From assembly GCF_036971445.1 (NCBI RefSeq), contig NC_091473.1, positions 204,414,001 through 204,478,000 on the forward strand: a DNA stretch of 64,000 nucleotides, given 5' to 3'. The stretch's first letter is position 1, and each line of letters opens with the position of its first letter. The notes under the pieces are model-generated. The model worked only from the letters and a program-made list of their open reading frames with translations. It had not been told where the DNA came from and searched no databases. This DNA comes from Narcine bancroftii (taxonomy: Eukaryota). Made by a program: the position numbers and the translations under genes. Positions 25,127 through 37,068 of this stretch are shown here, piece by piece.

Positions 25127-25459
25127 CTGTAAGACACCACATCATTGGTCAGACACAGGCTGAATCTTCCTCTGCATCCTCCCGCCACACCCTCCCCCAG
25201 TGACAGACACTGCCCCTTATAATCTCATACGCCTCTATTAAGTTGCTCCTCACTTTTGTCGCACCAAAGAGAAAATCACCAGCTCCATTAACCTGACCTC
25301 ATGTGGCCCATTCTCCAATTTGGGCAACATCCTGTTAAATCTCCTCTGCCCCCACTCCAGGCCTCAGTTCCCTCAGTTCTTCCAATGTATCGAATTATCA
25401 CGGGCTGTGACTTTTTAAATTTATTTTTGTAGTAACAGGCCCTTTCCGCCCATGAGGAA

Positions 25460-26060
25460 AACCACAAAATGCTGGAGAAGCTCTGCAGGTCGAACAGCGT
25501 CCTTTATGTAAAGGTGTCGAACAAGAGGGTAGGGGGGTGGGGAAGGCAGGAGATGATGGGTGGAGAAAGGAGGGAGGATGCAGTAGCGATGAGGGGGGAG
25601 GAGGGAGGGCTGGGTGGTAGAAAGGGAAAGGAGAAGGGGGAAGAGAGGGCAAGCAGCTTGGGTGGATGACAGTACTGTCCATGTTCATGCTATGTGTCTG
25701 GAGGGAGGTCGGGGGGAGGTCAGGGGGGTGGTGAGGTGAGGGAGGAATGTGGGAAGTCGGGGTTTGTGAGGGAGAAGAGGATAGGGGAGGGTAGCCAGAA
25801 AGTGGGGAGTGAGGTTTGAGGGTTTAGGAGATGACTCCGCCGACTGGTCGTAGACTGGGAGATCGCTTTGCCTAGCACCTCCTCTCCAACCCCAACCACA
25901 GTGACCTCCCCGTGGCCGACCACTTCAATTCCAGGGCACTCTCCCACGGTCACATGCCTGTCCATGACCTTGTGGATTGTCCCACCCTGGCCACCCGCAG
26001 ATTGGAGGAACCACCCCTTATTTTCCCATCTGGGCTTCCCTCCAGACACATGGCATGAAC
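25460..26060. mobile_element. Penelope-like (GIY-YIG) element remnants; similar pieces at ~8400-8840, 15050-15730 and 22490-22910
   Basis: agactgggagatcgctttg..gcacct, gccgaccacttcaattcc and attggaggaa..ccc..attttccc.tctggg resemble the GIY-YIG C-terminus; recognised from memory, not aligned. Confidence 0.55.
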
Positions 26061-26064
26061 ACTG

Positions 26065-26520
26065 GGCCCTTTCAAACTGCCGTGTAAAATGGGGTTAACG
26101 GGTCAATCTGCCCAGTTTGCACCTCAGTTATGTGGCAGTTAGAAAGGGTCTGACCCAGCCAACCCCGTTGAAATCCGACCAGGTCCCTGACTTACCTCAG
26201 AGGTAGTCAGGGAACCCAGCTAAACATACCTAGCTCACTTCCTCAGGCGAGCTGAACAGGAATATGACCGACTCGCTTATTCCAGTGACGCCAGCATTTG
26301 CATGCATGCATCACTGGGCAGCCAGCATCCGAACATCCGGCAGTACTTCCGGTGAGTGTGTGGCGCATCATCGCCGGGGTGGGGGTGGGATCCCCCTTAA
26401 ATCACTGGGTTGGCAATTTAATGGGTCCACTCCCCTGTGATTTAAAAGGGGCTTCCAGTCCCAGTCATCGCTCCCTGCTCCCAGGAGGATGACCCAGGTG
26501 CGCTACAATTTGAAGGGGCT
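26065..26520. mobile_element. Putative non-autonomous TIR DNA transposon (MITE-like)
   Basis: Terminal inverted repeat gccctttcaaactg ... caatttgaaggggc, with internal short palindromes. Confidence 0.45.
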
Positions 26521-26879
26521 GTTGATTTTACTGCTTTCCACTAAATCAGCTCGCCTTTTCTTTTCCCCTCCCCCTTTTCCTGCCTTTCCAGTTCTTTTAC
26601 CCAGCACAGCCCTCCCCCTCATCACTACTGTCCCCTCCCTCCTTTCTCCACCCATCATCTTCTGCCTTTACCACCCCCTTCTCCCCCTCTTGTTCGATGC
26701 CTGACGGCATTCCCCACCCCCCACACCTTGACAAAGGGCTTAAGCCCGACATGTCTTTCCCTTTGCTGCATAAAGGAGACAGTTCAACCTGCTGAGTTTC
26801 TCCAGCATTTTGTGTTTGAACAGATTATTACAGCAGGGATGATCATTTTGAATAACTTCCGTCTTGTTAGATTCAGAAT

Positions 26880-28215
26880 CAGGTTTCCACCTGCTTCAAA
26901 AGGGCATCAATCATCCTGGTGCCCAGGAAGAGTAGTGTGAGCTGCCTCAATGTCTATTGCCCAATAGCACTAACATCTGCTGTGATGAAAGGCTTGGAGA
27001 GGCTGGTCATGGTCAGAATTAACACGTACCTAAGCAAAGATCTGGACCCACTGGAATTACCCTATCGTCACAATCGCTCCACGGCTGATGCAGTATTGCT
27101 GGCTCTCCACTCAGCTCTGGATGATCACCTCGAAAACAGCAACTCATACATATGGCCACTCTTCATAGACTACAGCTCAGCCTTCAATACCATTATACCC
27201 TCAGTGCTGGTCAAGAAGCTACAAACTCTGGGCTTCTGTACCCCACTCTGCAACTGGATCCTTGACTTCCTCATCAGAAGACCACAGTCCGTAAGAATTG
27301 GGAACAACGTCTCCTTCTCACTGATTATCAACACAGGCACACCCCAGGGATGTGAGCTTAGCCAACTGCTCTACTCATTATACACCCATGACTGTGGCCA
27401 GACACAATCCCAATGCCATCTACAAATTTGCTGACGACAGCACAGTTGTCTGCAGAATCACAAATGGCAATAAGGAAGCGTACAGGAGGGAGATAGATCA
27501 GCTCGTTGAAGGTGTAACAACAACCTTGCATTCACCATCAACAAAACCAAGGAGACGATTGTGGTCTTTAGGAGGAAGTCAGGGGAACATGACCCAGTCC
27601 TCATCGAGGGCTCAGTAGTGGAGAAGGTCAAGAACTTCAAATTTCTGGGTGTCAATATCTCCGAGGATCTGTCCTGGAGCCTCAATTTTGAAGGGTCACC
27701 AGTGGCTATACTTTGTGAGGAGTTTGAGGAGGTTCATTATGTAACCAAAGATTCTCGTAAACCTCTACAGGTGTACCATGGAGAATGTTCTGGCTGGTTG
27801 CATCACTGCCTGGTTTGGAGATGCCAACTCTCAGGACAAGAATAAACTCCAGAGGGTTGTTAACTCGGCCTGCGACATCACAGGCACCAGACCACTCCAT
27901 CGAAGACATCTATGTGAGGAGGTGTCTTAAAAAATCAGCCTCTATCCTCAAAGATCCCACCATCCAGGCCTTGCCCTCTTCACTCTGCTACCATCAGGAA
28001 AAAGGGACCGGAGCCTAAAGACGAGCACTCAGCGGCACAAGGACAGCTTCTTCCCTGCTGCCATCAGATTCCTGAACCACAGACCCTGCCGCACTTTTCG
28101 TGCACCGTTATTTATAGTATTGTTGTAAGATGGTTATAATATGAATATTTGCTCTATGACGCTGCTGCAAAAACACTGAATTTCGTGACTTGTTCATGAC
28201 AATAAATTCTGATAC
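26880..28215 (+). mobile_element. Rex1/Babar-type LINE RT fragment in CIDEB intron 3
   Basis: PIALTSAVMKGLERL, FIDYSSAFNTIIP, PQGC, KFADD; 3' end aataaattctga. Confidence 0.85.
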
Positions 28216-28369
28216 TATATCCCAAGCTGCAGACACTGTGATTGTAGTAAAGACCCTAGAAAGGCTGGAGGAACTCTGCCGGTCTCACAGCATCCAGACG
28301 AGGTGAAGATGTATAACTGATGTTTCAGGCCTGAGCCCTTCCTCAAGGTATGAGTGAAAAAAAAGACAG

Positions 28370-31300
28370 GGTGTCTGTGTTAAAAGGAGTTGAGTAAAAT
28401 GGAGGGTTATGGAGGAGGGAGATTCCAGGCAGTGGTTACAGTTGGTTATTGGGTCAGCACAACACCGTGGGCTGAAGGGCCTGAACTGGGCAGAGGATCC
28501 ACGTTCTTCCCTTGGTGAGGTGACCAGAAATAGATACAATATTCCAAGTGGAGACTAACCTACGTGTAACACATGTCTCTTGAACTCGATCCCACGGCTA
28601 ATGAAGGTAAAGGCACCATTAAACCTCCTTTTCAACCTGTGCAGCAGATTTCAGTCCTGCGGACACAGACCCCAAGGTTTCTCGGTCTGTCCACACTGCT
28701 CGTTGTTCTCCCATTAACATTGTTTTCTGCCTTTAAATTTGTCTGACCTGAATGAACCACCTCGCACCTTTCTGGGTTAAACTCCATCCACTGCTCAGCC
28801 CAGCTCTGTATCCTGTCACTGTCCCTCTGTATCCACAACACGACTAACCCAGCCTCCACTTCCTCATCCAGGCCATTTATAAAAATTGGAGGAGACCCCG
28901 GAACAGATCCCTGTGGAACACCACTGGTCACTGGGCTCCACACTGGAAATCAACCATCTACAACCACCCTCTCTCCCTTCTCTAAGCAGCCAATTCTGTG
29001 TCCACAAAGCAAGGCTTCATTGGATTCCCTGTCAAAATAAGCCTTGCATGGGGAACCTCATCAAATGCTTTACTGAAATCCATATACACTGCATCCACTG
29101 CTCTACCTTCATCATCATTCCTCATTACAGCCTCACAAACTTTTATCAGGCTCGTGAGATGTAGTCGTCCCCGTGCCAAAGCCAAGTTGGCAGGCCCCAA
29201 TCTCAGTGGGCCTCTCTCACCATCTTCACCACTTTTCATGTCAGAGAGGAAGGAAACAGAAAGAAAAGGTGGAGCCACAGAGGGCAGGGGCAGGGGATGC
29301 ATAGGCAAAGGCTGCTAGCGCTGGTGGTCAGGACAGGCACCCACTCTGCTTCTTAAGTGTGGAGGGACTGCAGAGAGCAGAGGTCCAAAGGAGATCTGGG
29401 ACCCCCAGGGCAGGATTCCCCGAAGGGTGGAGTTGGTGGGCAAAGATGGTGTAATGCGTATTGCTGAGGCTTCAGACCACATTTGGAGTCTCATAGCATG
29501 GGGGGCATAGTACAGGCCCATCGAACACTGCAGCATGGACCCATTCGGCCCCAAAAGTCTGTGCCAAAACATCATGCCACTAGTCCCACTGACCTGCACC
29601 CACTCCAGGCCTCTCCCTTTCAAGTCGTTCTTAAGACAGGTGGTCGAGCGTGTTCACTGCATCGAATGGCAGCTCATTCCACTCTCTGAGGGGTGAACCT
29701 CCCCCTGAAAACTATGACCTTTCATACTGACCTCCTCCAATCTAGGTGGAAACAGGCCACTTGTAACCCACTCTGTCTGTGCCTCTCATAATCTTGTGAA
29801 CCTGCCCTCGTTTCACTTTGCTCCGAGGAATAACGTCCTAATCTGTTTAATCTTTCCCTGTAACTCAACTCCTGAAGACCCGGCAATGTCCGAGTCAATC
29901 TTCTCTGCAAATGGATCGTTGGCTGTCACCATTAGAGGAACTGAATTAAAGAGCAGGGAGGTCACGCTGCAACTGTAAAAGGTCCTGGTGAGGCCGCACC
30001 TGGAGCACTGGACGCAGTTCTGGTCTCTGTCCATGAGGAAGGATAGACTGGCCTTGGAGGCTGTCCAGAGGAGATTCACCAGGTTGCTCCTGGAGATGAG
30101 ATGAGGGGGTTGTCCCACGAGGACGGACTCAATCGTCTGGGATTATACTTGCTCGAATTCCGAAGAATGAGAGGAGATCTTATAGAAACATATAAACATG
30201 AAAGGGATAGAGGCAGGAAAATGGTTTTCACTGGTGGGTGAGACCAGACCTAGGGGACACAAGATTCAAGATGGAGATGAGGAAGAACTTTTTCCCAGAG
30301 GGTCGTGAAGCTGTGGAATTCTCCTCCCAGGAAAGCAGATGAGGCGACTTCATGAAACATATTTAAGGTTCACTTAGATTGATTTTTATATTAAAAAAAT
30401 GGAATTAAGGGATATGGGGAGAAGGCAGGTCGGTGGGGTTGAGACAATGATCAGATCAGCCATGGGGGGAGCAGGGCTTGATGGGCCGGATGGCCGACTC
30501 CTGCTCCTAGTTTTTATGCTCTCTTTCAATCTTACTGGAGTCCTTCCTGCCCCCAGGTGCCCAGAACTGCTGCAATACTCTGAATTTGGCCTCACCTTCA
30601 GCCCACTACCTTGTACTGACCCATGTCAACCTACGCCCTTCCCCACCCCATGTCCATGACCCTCCTTCCACATGCCTGAGTCTTTTTTGAATGCCCCTAT
30701 TGTCCCAGCCTCCAGCATTGCCACTGGCAACACCTTTCAGGCTCCCAACACTCGCTGTGCAAAGAAACTTACCCCTGACACCTCCCCTGAACTGTCCACC
30801 CTATCTCATAACCCCCTTCAATCTGTTACTCCTTGTCTCGTCTGGCGCTCCAAAGAGAAAAGCCCCAGCTCGCTCAACCTTGCTAACACCATCGCCAGCC
30901 CGACACATCTGAGGGAGGAGGAGTTTGGAGAGGGTCTGGAGGAGTTTAAGAAAATGATCCTGGGGATGAGGGGTTAATTTGATGGCTTTGGGTCTGTACC
31001 CGCTGGAGTTTCGAAGGATGATGGGATGTTGTGAAACCTGCTGGATATTGAGAGGGCAGGGTAGAGTAGATGTGGAGAGGCTTGGACTGCGGGGGTGGGG
31101 GGGGGGGTGGGGGGGTTGGTGGGGCACAGCCTCAGAATAAAAAGGATGTCCCTTTGGACTGGAGATGAGAAGCCATTTCTTCAGTCAGAGGGTGCCGAAT
31201 CAGTGGAGCTTGTTGTCCCAGGTGAACATGGAGGCCAAGCCGTTGGTTAGATTTAAAGCTGAGATCAATGGGGGCAGGGAGAGGCCAGGACAGAGGGGTT

Positions 31301-31910
31301 GAGAGGAAGTGTTCCTCACCCAACCTCGGTGGAAAAAGTTTCTATCAATACCTCTCTTAATTTTGGACACCTCCATCAAATCTCCTCTCATTCTCTGACG
31401 CTCCAGGGAATAAAGACCTAACGTGCTTAACCTTCCCCCCTGAAAGTCAGCTGCTGAAGTCCCGGCAACATCCTTAGAAATCCTCTCTGCACTCTTTCGA
31501 TCTTATTGACAGCTTTCCAGAAGCCAGGTGACCGAAACGGCCCACAGTACTCTGAATTTATCTCACCGACGTCGGATACAACGTCAACACAATGCCCCAA
31601 CTCAGCACTTTGATCTATGAAAGCCAACGTGCCACAGACTCTTTCCACTTTCGGGGAATTGTGTATCTGTATTCCCAGATCCCTCTGATCTACTGTGTCC
31701 CCAGTGCCCAACCCTTCACCGTGTACGTCCTGCCCAGGTGTATGTCCTCTCAGAGATGCTACACTTGTCTGCATTAAACTCTATTTTCCTCACTGCAGCC
31801 CATGTTTCCAGCTGGTCCAGATCCATCTGAAAGCTTGGAAAACCTTCCTCGCTGTCCACAATTGCATCAACTCTCTAATCCAATTTACCACATTATCAAT
31901 GATATATAAC
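28370..31910. mobile_element. Cluster of nested CR1 fragments on both strands
   Basis: YMDFSKAFDEVPH, SGVPQGSV, MQRRLTRTLPGL, MRGDLMEV and similar motifs in several short ORFs. Confidence 0.85.
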
Positions 31911-33056
31911 ATACTTGTGTAATTGTTGAGTTTTGGCGACCAATTTTTCTGGACAAAATTGTGGAGGGGGGGGTCAACTTTTATAGGGATACTACTTTTG
32001 ACCGTGTTAAGTACCTGTGTTGTTCAAGGCTCTGGGAGCTTGGATAGCCAGAGACTGGTGGGGCGGGGGGTGGGGGGGTGCAGGGTGGGTAAGTCTGCAT
32101 TTGGAACGTGGGCGAGGATCTGCAGTCGGGGTGAGTCGGGAGCTCCGGTGGGCAGGCGGCCAGGGCGAGGATCCACAGCTGGGGCATCGTTGTCCCTTTT
32201 CCAAAACCATCAGGACCCTGTCGTCTCCCAGGGGCGTAGGCGGGTGACCTGGGGAGGGATCCATGTTTGGGGTGTTGGGAGGGCAGGTAGCTGGGGCAAG
32301 GGTCTGTGGACAGGGAGCCTGGATTTCAGATGGGGCAGTCAGTGTGTCAGGAGCTCAGATAGAGGGGGAGGGGGTGAAGTCGGGGCCAAAAATAGTGGGA
32401 GAGACTTTTACACAGCATCGAAAATTACACAGGCATGTAGAGAAGATGAGAAACAACGCTGGTCCCAGCGCCAATCCCAGAGGTACAGGCCTCCAGTTGG
32501 GGACCCAATCATGCCTGTTAATTCTCTGACCAGTTTTTTTAACATTTTAAATTTAAACACGTCGGTGCCGTCCAATTTACACCCCATTGACCTACACCTC
32601 CCGGTACGTTTCGAGTGGCGGGAAGAAAGTGGAGTCCCCGGGGAAAACCCACGCAGACATGGGGAGAATGGACCAACTCCTAACAGACAGCGTGGGATTC
32701 GAACCCAAGTCAGTCCCCATTGCCGGCGCTGGAACAGCGATGTGCTGACCACTACGCTAAATGTGCCCCTCACTATGAGTGGGAGGGGGGAAAGATTCCA
32801 ACCCTCTCCCCAGGTGACGCCTTCTGCTCTATTGCCTCACCCCTCACCTTCACTCCAGGATGGGGTGGAGTGAGTCCCAGTCTCCCCATGGGTATCAACA
32901 CCCAAACGGAATGGACCAGGAGACGCCTCAGGGAATCGGCTCCACCTCTTCTCTAACCTCTTTGGGACCCCGTCCGATCTCTCCCTGGTCCCTCCGACCC
33001 ATGGGCATTCCCTCCATCCCCTCTCCTGCCCCATCTCGTCCCTCCATCTGGCTGAC

Positions 33057-33206
33057 CTTGGGAGGCCTCCATCGTTGTCCTTTTTCCAAAGCCATCAGGA
33101 CCCTGTCGTCTTCCAGGTGCTCAAAGACATCCTCGCTGTCGATGACTGTCCCATCCTCCTCCAGGACGAGCGTGGCCAGCTCGCTGATGAGCAGCACATC
33201 CAAAGC
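33057..33206 (-). CDS. CIDEB: CIDEB coding exon 3 (CIDE-N domain)
   Basis: TLVLEEDGTVIDSEDVFEHLEDDRVLMALEKGQRW; phase 0-0. Confidence 0.95.
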
Positions 33207-33709
33207 CTGGGAAGGGGAGAGGTACCGTGACCCACTGTAGGGATTCCCCACTGGTGGGGGGGGGGGGGAAGGAGGGGTGAGGTGAGGGGGGAGAGGTACC
33301 ATCACCTGCTGTGGGGTTTAAATTCTGGGAGAGGGATGGGCAGATGGCAGGGATCAGGGGAGGGGGACCATCACCCAATGTGGGAATTTCCTATTTGGAG
33401 TGGCAGTAGGAGCAGGAGAGAGGAGGAGAGAAGGGTTTGAAGATTGGGGGAGAGGGAGAGAGGAGGAGAGAAGGGTTTGAAGATTGGGGGTTAGGAGTGG
33501 GAGAGAAGATAGAGAGAGGGAAGGGAGGGGGAGAGGGGAGAGGAAAGGGGTTGGGGACAGGTGAGGGGTGAGAGGAGGGGAAGAGGGTGTAAAGGGGTAG
33601 AGGGGCATGCGCATGTGACTCTGTGTGCGTGTCTGACCCCTCCCCCACTGTATGCCTGTGATCCCTGGGAACCACCACCCCTCTTTCCTCGAGACACCCC
33701 AGGACCCAC

Positions 33710-33851
33710 CTTGTTGATCAGCTCCCCGAGGGTGCCAGCCGTCACGCCATGGCGCTGGGACCGGTCGTGGTTACAGAGCCGGAAGGGGCGGCGGTGGGGT
33801 GAGGAGCTCCACAGCCTCCTGGTCATCTCGGTGCTGGCAGCTGTAATCGAT
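33710..33851 (-). CDS. CIDEB: CIDEB coding exon 2
   Basis: RRLWSSSPHRRPFRLCNHDRSQRHGVTAGTLGELINK; phase 2-0. Confidence 0.95.
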
Positions 33852-34364
33852 CTGGGGGTGTGGAAATCAGCGTCACTCACCCTCGATTTCCCTCGATCCC
33901 ATCACCCCGACTCCTCTCAATTCCCCTCACACAACCCTATGATTCCCCTCGGTAGGGAGGGAAATGGAGGAAAGGGAGGATGGGGAGGAAGTGGTGGTAG
34001 GGAGGGGAAGAGGTGAGGGGGGAGAGAGGGAGGTGGGGGAGGGAGAGAGGGTGGAGGGGGAGAGAGGGTGGAGGGGGAGAGAGGGTGGAGGGGGAGAGAG
34101 GGTGGAGGGGGAGAGAGGGTGGAGGGGGAGAGAGGGTGGAGGGGGAGAGAGGGTGGAGGGGGAGAGAGGGTGGAGGGGAGGAAGTGGTGGAGGGGAGGAA
34201 GTGGTGGAGGGGAGGAAGTGGTGGAGGGGGAGAGAGGGTGGAGGGGGAGAGAGGGTGGAGGGGGAGAGAGGGTGGAGGGGGAGAGAGGGTGGGGGGTTGG
34301 AGTGAGGGATGGTGGGGTGGGATGGGAGGGGGCGCCCCTTACCCTCGGAGGGGACGGAACTAAC

Positions 34365-34417
34365 CTGACCAATGAGGATGCTGTGGTCACGTAGTCCTGG
34401 GTCTTGGGAGAGTCCAT
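34365..34417 (-). CDS. CIDEB: CIDEB coding exon 1
   Basis: MDSPKTQDYVTTASSLVR; donor AG|GTTAGT, phase 2 matches exon 2; total ~217 aa. Confidence 0.75.
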
Positions 34418-34579
34418 TTCAACCCGTCTGCTCTGCTTGGTTCGGGATCCACGTTCCGGAGATGGGTGCTGCTCCTGGAAGTGGGTGTCACTTCAGACCC
34501 TACTTTGACTTGGGAGTCTGTGATGTATTCAGTGCTGGTGGAGAATCTCGGAACGTGCCGGAAAGGCAGGAGCAGGTCC

Positions 34580-34617
34580 TGGACTTTGAGCCCTGAGCCA
34601 GGCAGGTCCAAAGTCCC
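34580..34617. promoter_or_regulatory. Two HNF4-type DR1 motifs upstream of CIDEB
   Basis: TGGACTTTGAGCCC (34580-34593; reverse complement GGGCTCAAAGTCCA) and GGTCCAAAGTCCC (34605-34617), 160-200 bp upstream of the CIDEB ATG. Confidence 0.6.
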
Positions 34618-34677
34618 AGAGAATTCCTCCGTGTTGTCATGGGCAAGGGATTACAGAGATCAGGCTGGGTCATGAGG

Positions 34678-34968
34678 CCCAGCCCAACCCAGCCCACTCG
34701 CTGGGAAATCAGCTGACGCAGAGGGCCTTTGGTACATGAATGTACCCCAGTTTTGGCCCACCTGAGCTGATCCCACTCCCTCCCTCCCTTTGGCCTGTGT
34801 CTCTCAAAAAGGATCAGACACGCAAACAGACCAGAGGGGAGAGGGTCACAGGCCAAAGGGAGGGAGGGAGTGGGATCAGCTCAAGTGGGCCAAATCTGGG
34901 GTACATTCATGTACCGAAGGCCCTTTGCGTCGGCTGATTTCCCAGCGAGTGGGCTGGGTTGGGCTGGG
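34678..34968. repeat. Long inverted repeat: 122-bp arms, 47-bp spacer, 5 mismatches
   Basis: 34678-34799 is the reverse complement of 34847-34968. Confidence 0.95.
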
Positions 34969-34969
34969 A

Positions 34970-36340
34970 AAGGAGGGTGAGGGAGAGGGATACAATAGGA
35001 GAGGGAGAGAGAGAGGGATGAGGGAATGGGGGAGAGGAAGAGGGGTGTGAGAGATAGAAGGTGACTATGGGAGGGGTGAGGGAAAGGGAGAAGGAGGGGG
35101 AGGGTGAGGGATAGGGAGAAGAATAAAGAGGGAGTAGGAGGAAAAGGGAGGGAGTAGAAGAGGGAGGAAGGGTATAGAAGAGGGGAGGGAGGGAGTAGAA
35201 GAGGGAGGGAGTAGAAGAGGGAGGGAGGGAGTAGGAGGGAGGGAGTAGAAGAGGGAGGGAGTAGGAGGAGAAGAGGGAGTAGGAGGAAGGAGAAGAGGGA
35301 GTAGGAGGGAGGAGAAGAGGGAGTAGGAGGGAGGAGAAGAGGGAGTAGGAGGGAGGAGAAGAAGGAGAGAGGAAGGGAAGGCAAAGGGAGGGAGGGAAGG
35401 CAAAGGGAGGGAGGGAAGGCAAAGGGAGGGAGGGAGAGAAGGCAAAGGGAGGGAGGGAAAGGAAGGGGAGGGTGGAGAGGGAAAAGGGAGGGGGAGGGTG
35501 GAGAGGGAAAAAGGAGGGGGAGGGTGGAGAGGGAAAAGGGAGGGGGAGGGTGGAGAGAGAAAAGGGAGGGGGAGGGTGGAGAGGGAGAGAGGGAGGTAGG
35601 ATGGAGGGGAGAAGGGGGAGAGAGGAAGAGGGATGGAGGGGAGAAGGGGAAGGGATGGAGGGGGTGAGAGAGGGTAGGGAGAGGGGAGGAGTGAGACAGG
35701 AGGAGGGAGGGGAAGAGAGGGAGAGGGAGGTCAAGGAAGAGACTGGAAGGAGGGAGGGGAGAGGGAGGGAGGGCAAGGAAGAGACTGGAAGGAGGGAGGG
35801 GAGAGAGAGGAAGAGGGAGGGGAAGAGAGGGAGAGGGAGGGCAAGGAAGAGACTGGAAGGAGGGAGGGCAAGGAAGAGACTAGAAGGATAGGAAGGAAGA
35901 TGGAGGGGAGAGAGGGAGGGAGGGCAAGGAAGAGACTGGAAGAGGGAGGAGGGAGGGGAGAGGCAGAGGGAGGGGAAGACAATAGGAGAACAGAACCTCG
36001 GCAGCATTTAATGTGGTTTTAAGAGGGGGGTTTCAGAGGAACAGAGAGAGGGAGAGGGCGGGGTCAGCAGAGGGGGTGGCTGGGAGCAGGAGGGTATGGA
36101 GGGAGGGACAGAGGGAGTCAGACAAAGGGGAGGTGGGGTGGGTCGGGGGAGGAGGTAGGGTGTTCAGGGGAAGGAGAGGGGGTTTGGGGAGGGAGAGGGT
36201 GTTTGAGGGAGAGGGAAGAGGGGTGTTGGGGAGAGGGTGTTTGAGTGAGAGGGGGGAATGGGGTGTTGGAGGGAGGGTAGAGGGGGTTCGGGGAGGGAGG
36301 GGAGTTTGGGGGAGGGGAGAGGGTGGATGAGAAAGGGTGG
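34970..36340 (+). repeat. Polypurine (G/A) low-complexity tract; similar tracts at 33960-34320 and 37790-38680
   Basis: Almost pure G/A with short internal tandem units. Confidence 0.9.
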
Positions 36341-36662
36341 GGGAGGGGTGCTGTGACAGGAAGAGAGGCCAGCCTTGGCCCTGAGCCCAGCCGTCTCGTT
36401 GGCGTCTGCCTCCTCCATGTGCAGGAAACGAGATGGACCCCTTGGGATCTCTCAACTGCTTGAGGCACAGGGTGGGTCCCAGGACCCAGGGGGGTGGGGG
36501 GTGTGTGATGTGGAATCTCTGGCCCACACAAGATGGGGGGGGAGGGAGGGGAGGACATGGTGGATTGGCTGAGGCTGGAGTGATGTCTGTACAGCCCCCT
36601 CTCCCCTCTCCCCTCCTGTTTTCTTCTGTCTCCTGCTCTCCCATCCCCACACTGGCCTTGGG

Positions 36663-37068
36663 ATGAAGACAGAGAAGGGGTCCGAGGGAGCAGAGGGGGA
36701 GGCTGGCCATCTTTGGGATGTCTCGCTTGGAAATCCCCGGCACCTGAAGCTCCAGGCGCTGGACTTCACTGACCTGCGTGAGGAGGAGGAGGAGGCAGTT
36801 GGGGATGAGAAGGGTGGGACCGCCGAGCCCCTCTCCCACCCCCCTTCTCCCCCTCTCCCTCCCCCCCCCACCCCTCGGGATCCCCAAGCCCGCGTGGGCT
36901 GGGACGCGCAGGCTGCACTGGAAGGGGATACAGGAGCTGCCTTCCGTCCCCAAGTACAGCCGCTTTGGGCCGTCCACCATCTGGGCCAGACTGGACCCTG
37001 TGCCTTTGGACACCGACCACCTGCGGGATCTCTTCGGACGGAGCCCCAGCGACTTCAGGACCCCTCAG
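36663..37068 (+). CDS. FHOD-family formin exon A (LDFTDL motif, short FH1, FH2 lasso); apparent 1-nt frameshift in the C-run near 36861-36869; 5' boundary uncertain
   Basis: LKLQALDFTDLREEEE-PPSPPLPPPP, then in the next frame RRLHWKG...SRFGPSTIWARLDPVPLDTDHLRDLF, similar to FHOD1/3; donor CAG|GTGAGC. Confidence 0.8.

Noticed and set aside
31923-32873. 316-aa + strand ORF in CIDEB intron 3
   Set aside because: TTG start, spans a SINE and GC-rich filler, no recognisable domain
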